Shown: in pieces, positions 1-8,582 of the stretch
How the letters are laid out: the number at the start of each line of letters is the position of its first letter
How positions within the stretch are numbered: position 1 is the first letter of the stretch
NCBI RefSeq assembly: GCF_000012925.1
Contig: NC_007517.1
Span: forward strand, 3,210,001-3,242,000
Direction: 5' to 3'
DNA length: 32,000 nucleotides
Source of the DNA: Geobacter metallireducens GS-15
GTDB lineage: Bacteria > Desulfobacterota > Desulfuromonadia > Geobacterales > Geobacteraceae
Made by a program: the position numbers and the translations under genes
Notes under the pieces: generated by a model
Database searches by the model: none
Told to the model about the DNA's origin: nothing
The model's input: the letters and a program-made list of their open reading frames with translations, nothing else

Positions 1-377
1 GTGAGGGCCGCCACCTCCTGGGGGATCAGGTCCCGAAGGAGGAAATTGAAGTTGATGATGAGGTCGAACCGCTCGTCGAAGGCGTACGTCTCCAGGTCGG
101 CGAGGCGGAAGTCGCAGGCGAGCCCTTCCCGCCCGGCCCAACGGCGGGCCTTCTCCACGGCCACGGGAGAGATGTCGAGACCGGTGACGCTGTACCCATG
201 ACGGGCAAGAAAGATGCTGTTCCGTCCCTCGCCGCAGGCGATGTCCAGGGCCTTTCTGCCGGGACAGAGGCATTTCACCTCCTCGATCCGCTCGGCGAGA
301 AACCGCGACGGTTTTTCCCCCAGGAGAAACTCCTCACTCCGGTACCGCTCGTCCCACCGTTCGCTGTCGTCGTTCAT
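1..377 (-). CDS. Class I SAM-dependent methyltransferase (TehB-like); only the N-terminal ~125 aa are in the window
   Basis: Not in the ORF track because it runs off the edge. The reverse complement from the ATG at 375-377 reads MNDDSERWDERYRSEEFLLGEKPSRFLAERIEEVKCLCPGRKALDIACGEGRNSIFLARHGYSVTGLDISPVAVEKARRWAGREGL... LDIACGEGRN followed by GLDIS is the classical SAM-binding motif I/II. Third codon positions are G/C-rich. Confidence 0.75.
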   Translation of the reverse strand, partial: MNDDSERWDERYRSEEFLLGEKPSRFLAERIEEVKCLCPGRKALDIACGEGRNSIFLARHGYSVTGLDISPVAVEKARRWAGREGLACDFRLADLETYAFDERFDLIINFNFLLRDLIPQEVAAL

Positions 378-694
378 GGCGTTCCCTCTCTCACCTAACT
401 CTAGCAGGAGAATCCCGGCCCGTCACGGGCAAACCCTCAGCACTTTCCCGCCGTCGTCCGGCCTGCAACCAGCTACCTCTTGTCGCAGCAGCCGGAGCGA
501 GGCCGTAGCGGGCGCCGGCCATGAGATTCAACACCTACCAGCGCAGGTGGTACTTCTCGGCCAGCTGCGGATACCGCGATCCGCGCGTCGTCCACCCTCA
601 CGAGGACCAAGCCGCCGTTGTTCAGAATCTTTCTCTTTACGCTTTACCTTGAATCCGTGACGGTGCGGCATCTTGTCGCGGGTTCGCGTTTCTG

Positions 695-2032
695 TCAGAA
701 GGTCACCTGCACCTGCAGGTAACCGTAGTTGATATCCTTGCCGCTCCCGGTGGCGTCCTTGAAGAAGTTCCCGGTGAAGAAACGGTTGGCACCGGCAAGA
801 AAGCTGATCTTGTCGGTGAGCTTGTAGGTGAAGATCAGATTGCTCTCGAAACCGACATCCGTGCTGACCCCGGCTGCGGTCTTCGTTGCCCAGAAGTAGT
901 GGCCGTCAAGGGAGACGTTGAGCTTCTCGGTCACGTCGACCCCGCCCCCGACGGTGATGACGTGAAGGCCGCTGGCATGCACCGCGTTGCCTCCCGGGCC
1001 GATGGCGGTGACCCCCGAGAGGTCGCCGACGACGCTCATGTCGCCGATGAGGGGGGTGTCGTTGTTGGGGTTGTGGAACTCCCGGAACTTCCCGTTCCCG
1101 CCTCCGTCGCCGGAACCGAAGGCGTAGCTGACGAACCCCTTGGACGGATAGCGGCCGAGAGCCGGGTCGATGGACAGGTCGGCGTGGCCGCCGAAGGCGC
1201 TGATGTTCCGGTGGGCAGTCTCCTCGATATGCCGGCCGAACTGGTAGACCGGTTCCACCTCGAAAGCGACCAGCTTCCCCACCTTCCCGGCGAGACGCGC
1301 CCCCACCGACCAGGTCCGCTCGTCCTTGCCGTCATGGGTCATCCCCGCGCCGCCGGTGTCGAGGAGGCCGTAGATATCCACGGAAAAGGCGTCATTGGCG
1401 GTGTAGGTGCCGTAGACTCCGTAGAGCTCCCCCGTGATCCCGCCGGAGTTGTCCTTCAGGTACTTTCCTGCGAAAAAGTCCACCGCCAGGGGCTCCATCG
1501 GCTTCACCATCAGCTTCACCGCGTCGTAGCTCAGGCCGTCGAAGAAGGTGTCGGCGCCGAGCATGAAGGAGCTCCCGTAGACCAGCTCCTGGCGCCCCGC
1601 CTTGAGGGTGGCCTTCCTGCCGGGGAGGCTCCCTTCCAGGTACCCCTGGTAGAGGCGGAAGGTGTTGAACTTCACATCGTTGTAAGAGGCATACCACTGC
1701 CCCTCCACCCGGGCGGTAAGGTAGTCGGTGGGGGTGACAGTCAGCGAGGGGCGGACCCGCACGAGGAGCCGGCTGTCCCGGTGCCCCGGCGTATGGGTAA
1801 CGTCATTTAAATTGAAATTGTTGACGGACTCGCCCCGAATCATGGCATCCAGCCCCGCCTTGAGGGGGCCGAACTGCAGCGGATCCTTCGCCTCCCCCTC
1901 CCTTGCTCCTCCCTGCACGTACTGTTGCTGGATCACGGGGATAACGGGAGCCTCCCCCTCCGCTGCCGCCACGCCCCTCCCTGCCGTTGCCAGCACAATC
2001 AGCGCGGCTCCAATCGTCGTATTCCTCGCCAT
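695..2032 (-). CDS. Outer-membrane beta-barrel protein, alginate-export (AlgE-like) porin family
   Basis: Inner start of ORF 695..2380, chosen at MARNTTIGAALIVLATAGRGVAAAEG (signal peptide) and preceded by AAGAGGA. The C-terminus ...YGYLQVQVTF ends in the aromatic residue typical of OMP barrels. LKAGRQELVYGSSFMLGADTFFDGLSYDAVKL resembles the alginate-export family signature. Family assignment is from memory, not an HMM run. Confidence 0.7.
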   Translation of the reverse strand: MARNTTIGAALIVLATAGRGVAAAEGEAPVIPVIQQQYVQGGAREGEAKDPLQFGPLKAGLDAMIRGESVNNFNLNDVTHTPGHRDSRLLVRVRPSLTVTPTDYLTARVEGQWYASYNDVKFNTFRLYQGYLEGSLPGRKATLKAGRQELVYGSSFMLGADTFFDGLSYDAVKLMVKPMEPLAVDFFAGKYLKDNSGGITGELYGVYGTYTANDAFSVDIYGLLDTGGAGMTHDGKDERTWSVGARLAGKVGKLVAFEVEPVYQFGRHIEETAHRNISAFGGHADLSIDPALGRYPSKGFVSYAFGSGDGGGNGKFREFHNPNNDTPLIGDMSVVGDLSGVTAIGPGGNAVHASGLHVITVGGGVDVTEKLNVSLDGHYFWATKTAAGVSTDVGFESNLIFTYKLTDKISFLAGANRFFTGNFFKDATGSGKDINYGYLQVQVTF

Positions 2033-2061
2033 CCGTATCCTCTTTACATGAAATTCGATCA

Positions 2062-2364
2062 TTACTTTGTCCCGCCGCCGGCTGGCAGGACGAGACAGTT
2101 CAGACAGTCCCGGAGGGTGCAGACCCCGCAGGAGTGGTACTGGAATACCGGGATGCCGTTCAGCTTCGCTGCGCTCATGGCTTCGTTCCGCACCCGATGG
2201 GAGACCTTGTTGGTGAAGATGACCAGGGCGTCGAAGCGCTTCAGCTTCGTGGCGATATTGTTTTCGGACTGGGAGAAGACCCGCAGCTCGAACCCCGTCC
2301 GGGCCGCTTCCTGCCGATAGTGCCGTTCCAGCCGGTCCATCCCGCCGATTACCGCAATGCACAT
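2062..2364 (-). CDS. DUF2325 domain protein (100 aa)
   Basis: Inner start MCIAVIGGMDRLERHYRQEAARTGFELRVF...DALVIFTNKVSHRVRNEAMSAAKLNGIPVFQYHSCGVCTL within ORF 2062..2535. A GGAGGGGG SD lies upstream of the ATG at 2362-2364. The pattern (VIGG ... D-x-V-x-x-T-x-x-V-S-H ... AK ... IPV) matches my recollection of PF10087. Confidence 0.7.
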   Translation of the reverse strand: MCIAVIGGMDRLERHYRQEAARTGFELRVFSQSENNIATKLKRFDALVIFTNKVSHRVRNEAMSAAKLNGIPVFQYHSCGVCTLRDCLNCLVLPAGGGTK

Positions 2365-2398
2365 AATTTCCCCCTCCCAATCATGACTTTCATTTTCA

Positions 2399-3073
2399 CT
2401 ACATGGCGACAGCAACACGCTGCTCGCCGCCCACCAGGCACTCCAGGGCCGATGCGCAACTGCCAAGGCGCTCCGCCATCCGTGCCCGGCAGCTGCGGAA
2501 GACCTCGGCAAGGCGGAGGCTTTCCCGCGGGTCACCGAAGATCTTCCAGGGCCCCTGGCAGGCGAAGGGGATGGTGACCAGCCCCATGAAGGCCACTACG
2601 TCCTTGAGGGGATAGCCGAGAAAGACGCCGATCTCGTGGGGGAAGCTCTCGCCGGTGATGCGCGCGGCCAGCTCTCCCAGCACTGCGTCGAGGTCCGACA
2701 GGTCCGCATATCCCGCCCGCCCCAGGACAGCGGAGGTGCTGGGGCGCCCCAGCAGACCTCCCAGCGCTTCGGAACGGTAGATGAGCAGCAGGAGCGAATC
2801 TCCCCGGTCGACCAGCTCGCAGACGGCCAGTCCGCTCTCCGGCAGCACCGACGCCCCCCACTGCTTCCAGAGCGTGTAGAGATTGCGGCCGCAGGGGCGG
2901 GAACGGTTGGCGATGCCGATCAGGTTCGCCGGCTTCTCGCCGGCCAGGACCGCCGCCGCCTCCAGCGCCAGAAACGACGCCAGACACTCCCGCGGATCAG
3001 CGAACCGCACCGCCAGTTCATGCCACGCCGGACGCTTGCCCCCCTCTTGCCTCACCGGCTGTATTTCATCCAT
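2399..3073 (-). CDS. DUF3793 family protein (224 aa)
   Basis: Inner start MDEIQPVRQEGG... within ORF 2399..3160, with CAGGAGGAAGGC directly upstream. The motifs GEKPANLIGI, FPHEIGVFLGYPLKDVVAFMG and CQGPWKIFGDP match my recollection of PF12672. It is 34 bp upstream of the DUF2325 gene on the same strand. Confidence 0.65.
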   Translation of the reverse strand: MDEIQPVRQEGGKRPAWHELAVRFADPRECLASFLALEAAAVLAGEKPANLIGIANRSRPCGRNLYTLWKQWGASVLPESGLAVCELVDRGDSLLLLIYRSEALGGLLGRPSTSAVLGRAGYADLSDLDAVLGELAARITGESFPHEIGVFLGYPLKDVVAFMGLVTIPFACQGPWKIFGDPRESLRLAEVFRSCRARMAERLGSCASALECLVGGEQRVAVAM

Positions 3074-3172
3074 GCCTTCCTCCTGACAACGATTTTGAAA
3101 TTCCATTTCATTTAACAGGTACCGAAACGAGCCGTCAAGCTTTTTTTGACCGGTCTTCAATTCTCACAAATC

Positions 3173-3186
3173 TTGACCAAGGTCAA
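3173..3186. promoter_or_regulatory. Perfect FNR/CRP-superfamily-type palindrome TTGACCAAGGTCAA (TTGAC-N4-GTCAA)
   Basis: Read directly from the sequence. It lies in the 241-bp divergent intergenic region between DUF3793 (start 3073, -) and hcp (start 3315, +). The half-sites match the TTGAT/C-N4-A/GTCAA boxes bound by FNR/Dnr/HcpR-class regulators. Confidence 0.5.
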
Positions 3187-3314
3187 AGATAACCGGCAGC
3201 GAGTGCGGTATCACTAGATCACGCGAACGATTGCAAATGAGCGGCAAGCAGGTAAAGTTTAAGATACTTTCTCGCTCAACAACTGTCACAACCACTTAAA
3301 AGGAGGAAACACAA

Positions 3315-4964
3315 ATGGGAATGTTCTGTAACCAGTGCGAACAGGCCGCCAAGGGCGTCGGCTGCGACATCATCGGGGTATGCGGCAAGAACCCCGAGGT
3401 GGCCGCCCTGCAGGATCTCATGCTTTACGGGCTTAAGGGACTCGCCATTTATGCCGACAAGGCCCGGGAGCTGGGCGTGAAGGAAGAGAAGATCGACTAC
3501 TTCGTCCTTGAGGGGCTCTTCACCACCGTTACCAACGTGGACTTCGACCCGGTCCAGATTGCCGGCAAACTCCGCACGTGCTACGACTACAAGGAAAGGA
3601 TCAAGGCCCTCTACGAAACCGCCTATCGGGAAAAGAACGGTTCCAGCGCTCCACAGATCACCGCCGGTCCCGCCGCGTGGGTCATTGCCGGCGATCTCGA
3701 AGGGCTCGTGAAGCAGGGGCAGGAGCACGGCATCAACACCCACCACGCCGACGCCGACATCCGCTCCGCCATCGAGATTCTCATCTACGGCCTCAAGGGG
3801 ATGGCCGCCTACGCCGACCACGCCTACATCCTCGGCAAAAAGGACGAAGAGGTCTTCGCCTTCTTCCACAAGGCCATGGCCGCCACCGCCGACCCGGCCA
3901 AGGGGCTCATGGACTTCGTGGGGCTCGCCATGGAGTGCGGCAAGCTGAACATCAAGGTCATGGGGATGCTGAACGAAGGTCACGTGGCCCATTATGGCCA
4001 CCCGGTCCCCACCAAGGTTCCGACCGGCACCCGCAAGAACAAAGGGATCCTTGTCTCCGGCCACGACCTCCGCATGCTGGAGGAGCTCCTGAAGCAGACC
4101 GACGGGAAAGGGATCGACGTTTACCCCCACGGTGAAATGCTCCCGGCCCACGGCTATCCCGGCCTCAAGAAGTACGCGCACCTCTACGGCAACTTCGGCG
4201 GCGCATGGCAGGACCAAGCGAAGGAATTCCCCCACTTCCCCGGCGCCATCATCTTCAACACCAACTGCATCCAGCGCCCGGCCGACTCTTACAAGGACCG
4301 CCTCTTCTCCTGGGGCCAGGTGGGGTGGCCCGGTGTGAAGCACATCAACGGCTGGGACTTCTCCGAAGTCATCAACAAAGCCCTTGAGTGCCCCGAGCTG
4401 GCCGACGCGCCGGCGAAGGAGATTCTCACCGGTTTTGGCCACAACGCCGTCCTTGGCGTGGCGGACAAGGTGATCGAAGGGGTGAAGGCGGGCGCCATCA
4501 AGCACTTCTTCCTCATCGGCGGCTGCGACGGCGCCAAGCCGGGCCGCAACTACTACACCGAGCTTGCCGAGAAGGTGCCCCAGGACTGCGTGATCCTGAC
4601 CCTGGCCTGTGGCAAGTACCGCTTCAACAAGCTTGAGTTCGGCGACATCGGCGGCATCCCGCGGCTCCTGGACATCGGCCAGTGCAACGACGCTTACTCG
4701 GCCCTCCAGATCGCCCTGGCCCTTGCCGACGCCTTCAAGTGCGGCGTAAACGATCTGCCCCTCTCCATGATCCTCTCCTGGTATGAGCAGAAGGCGGTGG
4801 TCATCCTCCTGTCGCTCCTGCACCTGGGGATCAAGAACATCAAGATCGGCCCGAGCCTCCCGGCCTTCGTCACCCCCAACGTCCTCAACTTCCTGGTGGA
4901 GAACTTCAACCTGGGTCCCATCACCACGGTGGACGCAGACCTCAAGGCGGCCCTGGGGCAGTAA
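3315..4964 (+). CDS. hcp: Hybrid-cluster protein (hydroxylamine reductase / NO-stress Hcp)
   Basis: 549-aa ORF starting MGMFCNQCEQAAKGVGCDIIGVCGK, the N-terminal C-x2-C-x8-C-x5-C cluster motif. Overall length and internal motifs are typical of Hcp. An AGGAGG SD lies 7 nt upstream. Confidence 0.95.
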   Translation: MGMFCNQCEQAAKGVGCDIIGVCGKNPEVAALQDLMLYGLKGLAIYADKARELGVKEEKIDYFVLEGLFTTVTNVDFDPVQIAGKLRTCYDYKERIKALYETAYREKNGSSAPQITAGPAAWVIAGDLEGLVKQGQEHGINTHHADADIRSAIEILIYGLKGMAAYADHAYILGKKDEEVFAFFHKAMAATADPAKGLMDFVGLAMECGKLNIKVMGMLNEGHVAHYGHPVPTKVPTGTRKNKGILVSGHDLRMLEELLKQTDGKGIDVYPHGEMLPAHGYPGLKKYAHLYGNFGGAWQDQAKEFPHFPGAIIFNTNCIQRPADSYKDRLFSWGQVGWPGVKHINGWDFSEVINKALECPELADAPAKEILTGFGHNAVLGVADKVIEGVKAGAIKHFFLIGGCDGAKPGRNYYTELAEKVPQDCVILTLACGKYRFNKLEFGDIGGIPRLLDIGQCNDAYSALQIALALADAFKCGVNDLPLSMILSWYEQKAVVILLSLLHLGIKNIKIGPSLPAFVTPNVLNFLVENFNLGPITTVDADLKAALGQ

Positions 4965-4989
4965 CCCCTTCCGCCAATGCTGAAGGAAA

Positions 4990-5021
4990 GGCGCGGAGAT
5001 CTATTCTCCGCGCCCATTTAT
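4990..5021. terminator. Rho-independent, probably bidirectional terminator between convergent hcp and nitroreductase genes
   Basis: Perfect 10-bp stem GGCGCGGAGA / TCTCCGCGCC with a 5-nt loop. It is followed by CATTTATT on the plus strand and preceded by GAAGGAAA. Confidence 0.6.
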
Positions 5022-5047
5022 TCACCCTCTGTCGTTGCCGGAAGGAT

Positions 5048-6431
<1,384 letters not shown>

Positions 6432-6591
6432 ATCACCTCCGACTGGCCCTTCAAGGGATTCCTTCGTTACCAGCAAAGTATCCCACAGTGCCACAGGAAC
6501 TCAACCCCCTTGACTAGAGGCCGGCACAGGGCACAATTGACACAGGGGTCCGCAACAGCATAAACAGAAACGCGGACCGAAGGAGGATGCC

Positions 6592-7302
6592 ATGCCGGAG
6601 AAACTGCTCGTGCCATCCATTGAACAGAGGCTCGCTGCAATGGTCGAGGTGTCCCGCCGGATGAGGGGTAAAACCGAGGCCGAAAAACGTATGGGGCGCA
6701 AGCCGACGATCACCATTTCACGGGAGTTCGGCTGCGAGGGGTATCCCGTGGCCGAGCAGCTCAGGGAGCTTCTCGAACACTCCACCAGGGAGCCCTGGGT
6801 CGTGATGGACAAGGCGCTTCTCGAAGAAGCCGCCAAACATCATGACATTTCCGAGACGGTTCTCCAATCCCTCGGCCAACGCCCCCGCTTCCTCGACGAC
6901 ATGATCTCCACTCTCATGCCGCGCTGGAAAACCGAGCGGGACCACTACAAACTCCTCTGCGACCAGATCGTCTCCCTGGCCGAGGTGGGCAACGTAATCA
7001 TCATCGGGAGGGGAAGCTCCATCATCACCCAGCAGATGAACAACTGCCTCCATTTCCGCATCTATGCCTCCCACCATTTCAAAGTCCGCTCCATTGCGCG
7101 GCGCGCAAAGATTTCGATCCAGGACGCAGAGCTTCTGGTGGAAAAAATGCAGAAGGAACGGGTCAAGTTCATTCGCAGCTTCCTCGACCGGGACATTGCC
7201 GACCTGAACCTCTACCACATGGCCTTCAATAACGACAAGAACTCGGAGGCCCAGATAGCCCGGGCCATCTTCGACTATCTCTGCCAGAAGATCGCAGGCT
7301 GA
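6592..7302 (+). CDS. Cytidylate-kinase-like family protein (Cytidylate_kin2 type, degenerate P-loop)
   Basis: 236-aa ORF with a GAAGGAGG SD. ITISREFGCEGYPVAEQL occupies the P-loop position and GNVIIIGRGSSII follows later, as in the AAA/CMK-like family PF13189. Confidence 0.65.
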   Translation: MPEKLLVPSIEQRLAAMVEVSRRMRGKTEAEKRMGRKPTITISREFGCEGYPVAEQLRELLEHSTREPWVVMDKALLEEAAKHHDISETVLQSLGQRPRFLDDMISTLMPRWKTERDHYKLLCDQIVSLAEVGNVIIIGRGSSIITQQMNNCLHFRIYASHHFKVRSIARRAKISIQDAELLVEKMQKERVKFIRSFLDRDIADLNLYHMAFNNDKNSEAQIARAIFDYLCQKIAG

Positions 7303-7352
7303 TTCCGAACCGCGCCAATCGAGGGAGGGCGGTGCCCGGCGCCGCTCTCCCC

Positions 7353-7381
7353 TTGCGCTCCCGGACGTCACCGTCTATACT
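7353..7381 (+). promoter_or_regulatory. Candidate sigma70 promoter TTGCGC-N17-TATACT ending 6 nt before the rluA-family ATG (possible leaderless mRNA)
   Basis: Hexamers and the 17-nt spacer are read from the sequence. No SD-like purine tract lies between 7360 and 7387. Confidence 0.3.
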
Positions 7382-7387
7382 CCCGCC

Positions 7388-8278
7388 ATGCTCACGTTCA
7401 CCATTACAGAATCCGATCACTGCCGCGGGGTGGAAAGCTTCCTCAGGAACCTCCTCCCGGGCGCTCCCCTCGCCTACCTCGGCAAGCTCACCCGTGGTGG
7501 GCACCTGACCGTTAACGGCCTCCCGGTCACACCCGACACCCTCCTCGTGACAGGTGACACCATGGCTCTCAAGGAAAGCGGCCGGACAAGGGAACTCCTG
7601 GCCGCCAAACGTCCCTCCCTCGATATCCTCTTCGAGGACGACCGGATTGTCGTCGTCAACAAGCCCCCCGGGCTGCCGGTGCACCGGACCGCCGAAGACG
7701 AGCAAACCCTCGTGGATGTGGCGGAACGGTTCCTGGCGCAGCGGGGCACCCCTGCGAAGCTCCGCCCCGTGAACCGCCTCGACCGCGGCACCTCCGGCGC
7801 CACGATACTCGCCAAGAGCGCCACGAGTGCCGGCATGTTTGGCCGCTTCGTCAAGGAAACCGGCCTTGGCAAGCTCTACCTGGCTGTTGCAGACGGCAAA
7901 CTGCCAGCCGAAGGGACCATCGATACCCCCCTGGAAGGCAAGGAGGCGCAGACCCAGTACCGCACACTGTTCCAAGGAAAGAGTGCTGCCCTGCTCCTCG
8001 TCACCCCCATAACCGGCCGTACGCACCAAATTCGCAAACACCTCGCCCTCACCGGCCACCCAGTGCGAGGCGACCGCCGCTACCGGGGCGCTCCCCTGGC
8101 GGCCTATCCAGGGCACTGCCTCCACGCCTTTCTTGTTTCCTTCCGTCACCCCGTTTCCGGCGAAGAGATCGTCATTCATGCCCCTCTTCCCGCGGCGTTG
8201 CTAGAAGAGGTGCGCCTGTTGTCCGGCGACTTCTATTCCCGCATACTCCTCTCGCTGCCGTCACTGCCGGTGACATAA
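7388..8278 (+). CDS. RluA-family 23S rRNA pseudouridine synthase (RluC/D-like, with N-terminal S4-like domain)
   Basis: 296-aa ORF with ILFEDDRIVVVNKPPGLPVH, NRLDRGTSGATILAK (catalytic Asp motif) and TGRTHQIRKHLALTGHPVRGDRRY. Confidence 0.85.
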   Translation: MLTFTITESDHCRGVESFLRNLLPGAPLAYLGKLTRGGHLTVNGLPVTPDTLLVTGDTMALKESGRTRELLAAKRPSLDILFEDDRIVVVNKPPGLPVHRTAEDEQTLVDVAERFLAQRGTPAKLRPVNRLDRGTSGATILAKSATSAGMFGRFVKETGLGKLYLAVADGKLPAEGTIDTPLEGKEAQTQYRTLFQGKSAALLLVTPITGRTHQIRKHLALTGHPVRGDRRYRGAPLAAYPGHCLHAFLVSFRHPVSGEEIVIHAPLPAALLEEVRLLSGDFYSRILLSLPSLPVT

Positions 8279-8438
8279 GCCCGGAATAAAGAGCCGCGCA
8301 AGCTCTGACGGCAGAGATACCCACCTTGCCGACCAGATTTCCTTCTCATTCTCCAACCGGAGGCTGCCGACAATGAAAAAGCGGGCTTACTATTCGTTTT
8401 TTCGATGTTTTTTTTAGCAACTTATTACCTTTTTCTAA

Positions 8439-8467
8439 TTGACTGGGCACGGGAGAAATGGCATAAT
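8439..8467 (+). promoter_or_regulatory. Candidate sigma70 promoter TTGACT-N17-CATAAT for the cytochrome gene
   Basis: Hexamers are read from the sequence, with an AT-rich (UP-like) tract immediately upstream (8395-8438). It would give a leader of about 110 nt. Confidence 0.45.
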
Positions 8468-8582
8468 TCACCCCGCTTCAGCCGGGGCACGCCCCGCTGC
8501 CATTTTATGTGAGACACGCTCCCCCCACTGGGAAATGGAGCAACTACCCTATGTCATGTGCGAAGAGCACAGAGGAGGAACG

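Noticed and set aside
378-694. 317-bp gap between the porin stop and the methyltransferase start. It holds a basic 47-aa minus-strand ORF (MPHRHGFKVKRKEKDSEQRR...) and another frame with a short stretch of G/C-rich third positions (LNNGGLVLVRVDDARIA...). The plus-strand ORF 214..660 also overlaps it.
   Set aside because: There is no recognisable homology, codon bias is inconsistent along each frame and no convincing SD is present. It is most simply a promoter/terminator spacer, possibly with a decayed gene remnant.
2033-2380. 5' extensions of track ORFs, which would add non-homologous N-termini. Examples: 695..2380, 2062..2535, 2399..3160, 5048..5734, 5694..6494, 8439..9452, 12905..13309, 15163..15813 and 17845..19191.
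   Set aside because: In every case an internal ATG is preceded by a good Shine-Dalgarno sequence and begins a signal peptide or the conserved family N-terminus. The extensions overlap neighbouring genes or terminators.
3276-4823. 515-aa ORF antisense to hcp. Similar long antisense or overlapping ORFs: 899..1810, 7226..8179, 8640..9485, 13388..14569, 15843..16802, 16814..17692, 17218..18603, 18813..19715, 19812..21410, 21683..22510, 23028..23561, 27304..28050, 27573..28382 and 28973..29998.
   Set aside because: Each lies opposite, or out of frame to, a gene with unmistakable homology (hcp, ychF, prs, ispE, clpB, ilvE, rpoH, cysH/D/N and others). Their translations are low-complexity and rich in Arg/Gly/Pro/Ala/Val, as expected from stop-poor reverse frames in high-GC DNA.
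8373-8417. Mini-ORF MKKRAYYSFFRCFF with GGAGG 9 nt upstream, aromatic-rich like an attenuation leader peptide.
   Set aside because: It sits upstream of the predicted cytochrome promoter. No attenuator hairpins follow it and no aromatic amino-acid genes are downstream. The Phe codons simply reflect the T-rich UP-like tract. I cannot exclude a real micropeptide without ribosome profiling.
8441-8466. A sigma54-like look (GGGCAC ... TGGCA) and the possibility of a GEMM-type cyclic-dinucleotide riboswitch in the cytochrome leader (8468..8582).
   Set aside because: The GG-to-GC spacing is about 15 nt instead of the 10-11 nt required for a -24/-12 promoter. The leader lacks the conserved GEMM core strings (GGCAAAC ... 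GACGCAAAGCC). A plain TTGACT-N17-CATAAT sigma70 promoter explains the sequence better.
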